Source of the DNA: Nitrosopumilus sp.
GTDB taxonomy: Archaea > Thermoproteota > Nitrososphaeria > Nitrososphaerales > Nitrosopumilaceae
Assembly: GCA_965204345.1 (NCBI GenBank)
Contig: OZ241981.1
Coordinates: 160,001-224,000 of the forward strand
DNA length: 64,000 nucleotides
Reading direction: 5' to 3'
The notes under the pieces are model-generated. The model was given only the letters and a program-made list of their open reading frames with translations, was not told the DNA's origin and did not search any database. The position numbers and the translations under genes were made by a program. This document shows positions 61,383 through 64,000 of this stretch, one piece after another; positions within the stretch are counted from its first letter, which is position 1, and every line of letters starts with the position of its first letter.

Positions 61383-61652
61383 ATGGTTACAGAAGAAGAG
61401 ATAGAGCACGTGTCAAAATTGATGCGAATAGATATCGATGATCATAAGGAATATGTTGAAAAAGTACACATGATGATTAAATATTTTGATATTTTGGATT
61501 CAGCAGGTGTAGAGTCTGAAGAAATCTCAATGCCTGAAACCTCGCTTTCAAGTCTGAGAAAAGACAAGCACGTGCAGTTTGATGATAAGTTAATTGAAAA
61601 GCTAAACCACTACAAGGGAACGTACATTCGTGCACCAAAGATGTCTTCATGA
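61383..61652 (+). CDS. gatC: Asp/Glu-tRNA amidotransferase subunit C
   Basis: EEIEHVSKL.RI, LRKD, YI.APK; operon position. Confidence 0.85.
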   Translation: MVTEEEIEHVSKLMRIDIDDHKEYVEKVHMMIKYFDILDSAGVESEEISMPETSLSSLRKDKHVQFDDKLIEKLNHYKGTYIRAPKMSS

Positions 61653-63094
61653 ATCTCAAAATATCTGCCCTTGACTATGTTCGGGAAGTAAAATCTGGAA
61701 ATATCTCTGCAGAGGACTTTGCTGCAAGAACCCTTGAGAGAATCCAGAGTGTTGATGAGGACCTTCACGCATTTTTATCTGTAAATAGCAATGCCGTCAA
61801 TCAGGCCCGCCAAATTGACAAGAAAATCAAATCAGGACAAAGTGTTGGCAGCTGTCTTGGAATGCCAATATCAATCAAGGACAACATCTGCATTAAAGAC
61901 TCTAAAACTACATGCGCATCAAAGATGCTTGAGGACTTTGTTGCACCGTATGATGCCACTGTAATTGCAAAGCTAAAACAGCAAGACGCAGTCTTTGTTG
62001 GCAAGACCAACATGGATGAATTTGCAATGGGACTAACTACTGAGTTTAGTGCGTTTGGTCCTAGCAAAAACCCTTGGAATCCCGATTATGTCCCAGGCGG
62101 TTCCTCCGGCGGTAGTGCCGTTTCAGTAAGTGCCTTTGAGTGTGTCATGTCCCTTGGCTCAGACACTGGCGGCTCTGTTAGAAATCCTGCCAGCTTTTGC
62201 TCCACTGTAGGTTACAAGCCAACATATGGCCTGATTAGCAGGTATGGACTGATCTCCTATGCCAACAGTATCGAACAGATTGGCCCCCTAACTAGAACAG
62301 TCAAAGACAGCGCGTTTATGCTAAACCTGATTTCTGGAATTGATCCCAATGATAACACCACCATAGATAATCACAACGAAGACTATCTTGCAGGCATTGA
62401 TTCCGGCATTGAGGGCAAAAAAATAGGAATAATCAAGGAGATGATCGGGGATGGGATTGATTCAGCAGTATTATCTGCAACCAGGGATGCCGTTTCAAAA
62501 CTAGAGGGTCTTGGGGCAGCATGTGAGGAAATATCCCTGGAAATGGTAAAATATTCAGTTGCAGCATACTATACAATTACTGCCACCGAGGCTGGCAGCA
62601 ATCTTGCACGATATGACAATATCAGATATGGCTATGACTTTCCACTTGAGGGTTATGAGTTTAATTCCTACATCTCAAAGGCCAGGCACAACTTTGGACC
62701 TGAGGTGACCCGAAGAATGATAATTGGAGGCTTTGTTCCATCTGCGGGACATGCAGGAAAGTATTTCCTAAAAGCATTAAAAGTAAAAAGCAAGCTTACA
62801 AAGGAGATAAACGAGGCATTTAAAAAATTTGACCTGCTGATTGCGCCCACTGTCCCAATACCGCCATTTAAGCTAGGTGAAAAAATCGATGATCCCGTAT
62901 CCTTGTTTCTGATTGACATTAACACCGTAACTGCCAACCTTACCGGCAAGCCTGCAATCTCAGTTCCTTTTGCAAATTCAGCAGGACTGCCAATCGGAAT
63001 TCAGCTGATGGCAAATTCCATGAACGACAAGCTGTTACTGCAGGCAGCATATGCCTTGGAACAGACCGTCTCCTTGCCGGAGGTTCCATTATGA
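61649..63094 (+). CDS. gatA: Asp/Glu-tRNA amidotransferase subunit A
   Basis: IKDN, GKTNMDEFAMG, GGSSGGSA, GSDTGGSVR. Confidence 0.98.
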   Translation: MNLKISALDYVREVKSGNISAEDFAARTLERIQSVDEDLHAFLSVNSNAVNQARQIDKKIKSGQSVGSCLGMPISIKDNICIKDSKTTCASKMLEDFVAPYDATVIAKLKQQDAVFVGKTNMDEFAMGLTTEFSAFGPSKNPWNPDYVPGGSSGGSAVSVSAFECVMSLGSDTGGSVRNPASFCSTVGYKPTYGLISRYGLISYANSIEQIGPLTRTVKDSAFMLNLISGIDPNDNTTIDNHNEDYLAGIDSGIEGKKIGIIKEMIGDGIDSAVLSATRDAVSKLEGLGAACEEISLEMVKYSVAAYYTITATEAGSNLARYDNIRYGYDFPLEGYEFNSYISKARHNFGPEVTRRMIIGGFVPSAGHAGKYFLKALKVKSKLTKEINEAFKKFDLLIAPTVPIPPFKLGEKIDDPVSLFLIDINTVTANLTGKPAISVPFANSAGLPIGIQLMANSMNDKLLLQAAYALEQTVSLPEVPL

Positions 63095-64000
63095 CTATGA
63101 TTGGATTGGAAATTCACTGCCAACTAACTAACCTAAATAGCAAGCTGTTTTGCCCATGCAAGGCAAATTACCGTGAACTAAAAATCAATGAGAACATCTG
63201 TCCTGTCTGTGTAGGGCTGCCTGGAAGCCTGCCTAGGTTAAACCAAGAGGCAGTCAAAAAAGCAACAGTAATTGCCATGGCACTAAACTGTTCCATTCCT
63301 GAAAAGATTGCGTTTTTTAGAAAAAATTATTTCTATCCAGACTCTCCAAAAAATTTCCAGATCACACAGCTGAATATTTATGGCAATACCAGCGTTGGGG
63401 GTACCGGCTCAGTTATGGTAGGCGATAAAAAAATCAGAATCACGCGAATTCAGCTAGAAGAGGATCCGGGCCGTCTGATTTACGAGGGCAGTTCTGCCAA
63501 AAATCAGATAACCCTAGTTGATTACAACCGGGCAGGTACGCCTCTAGTGGAGATAGTAACAGAGCCTGATTTTGAAACCCCAAAGGAAGTGAGGGACTTT
63601 CTTAACATTTTATCTGACCTTCTTGCAAACCTTGGCGTAGCAGACCCCAGTTTGGAGGGTGCCATGAGGGCTGATGCCAACGTCTCAATTCAGGGCGGCA
63701 AAAAAGTCGAAATTAAGAACATCGGCTCCTTTCATGATTTAGAAAAGGCCGTCCACTTTGAGATTACAAGACAGGAAAGCCTGAATTCCAGAGGCATAGA
63801 AATCATTCAGGAAACCCGCCACTGGGACGACAGGAGAAAAATTACTGTTTCTTCCCGTTCTAAGGAAGAGGATCTTGACTATCGTTATTTCTTAGAGGGG
63901 GACATTCCATGGATTAGGATGGATTCTGAAATTCAAAAGACACTCAAATCCGAGATGCCTGAGAGCATCAGCTCCAAAAAAGAGCGGTACGTTTCCAAAT
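63091..64000 (+). CDS. gatB: Asp/Glu-tRNA amidotransferase subunit B (runs off the window end)
   Basis: IGLEIHCQL..SKLFC, RKNYFYPD.PK.FQI, QLEED, DYNRAG.PL.EIVTEPD, DYRYF. Confidence 0.97.
   Translation, partial: MTMIGLEIHCQLTNLNSKLFCPCKANYRELKINENICPVCVGLPGSLPRLNQEAVKKATVIAMALNCSIPEKIAFFRKNYFYPDSPKNFQITQLNIYGNTSVGGTGSVMVGDKKIRITRIQLEEDPGRLIYEGSSAKNQITLVDYNRAGTPLVEIVTEPDFETPKEVRDFLNILSDLLANLGVADPSLEGAMRADANVSIQGGKKVEIKNIGSFHDLEKAVHFEITRQESLNSRGIEIIQETRHWDDRRKITVSSRSKEEDLDYRYFLEGDIPWIRMDSEIQKTLKSEMPESISSKKERYVSK

Noticed and set aside
1-64000. tRNA/rRNA genes, integrase, reverse transcriptase, cas genes
   Set aside because: No recognisable motifs found by eye.

Overview
Archaeal chromosome segment, most likely from an ammonia-oxidising Nitrosopumilaceae member. 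This is inferred from PEFG-CTERM, the 'IPDWIK..AGWW' domain, the 'SPLxQ...C...PxCV' export motif, aRF1, PurP and ND-AspRS/GatCAB. The core genes are trpEGDCBA, a DUF1998 helicase, a DinG/XPD helicase, ilvD, HIT, prf1, cbtBA, phnDCE, purP and aspS-gatCAB. They alternate with accessory or decaying stretches: an HD/YhaM nuclease, a damaged subtilase, a 2557-aa surface metalloprotease/adhesin, IS6 remnants, secreted-protein cassettes and defence-gene debris. The most striking signal is at DNA level. At four unrelated loci, a 33-38 bp piece of the host sequence is directly duplicated around a 33-38 bp unique insert, giving single repeat-spacer-repeat units with CRISPR geometry. The two mid-gene units are in frame (periods 72 and 66), while the two frame-breaking ones (71 and 76) sit only at extreme gene 3' ends. 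This looks like naturally fixed off-target Cas1-Cas2-type spacer integration acting as a gene-editing mutagen. The second highlight is a GHKL ATPase fused to an AbiEi-like domain, followed by an AbiEii nucleotidyltransferase, with two identically spaced palindromic operators upstream. No rRNA, tRNA, cas gene or canonical CRISPR array was seen. All family calls are by eye, without database searches.
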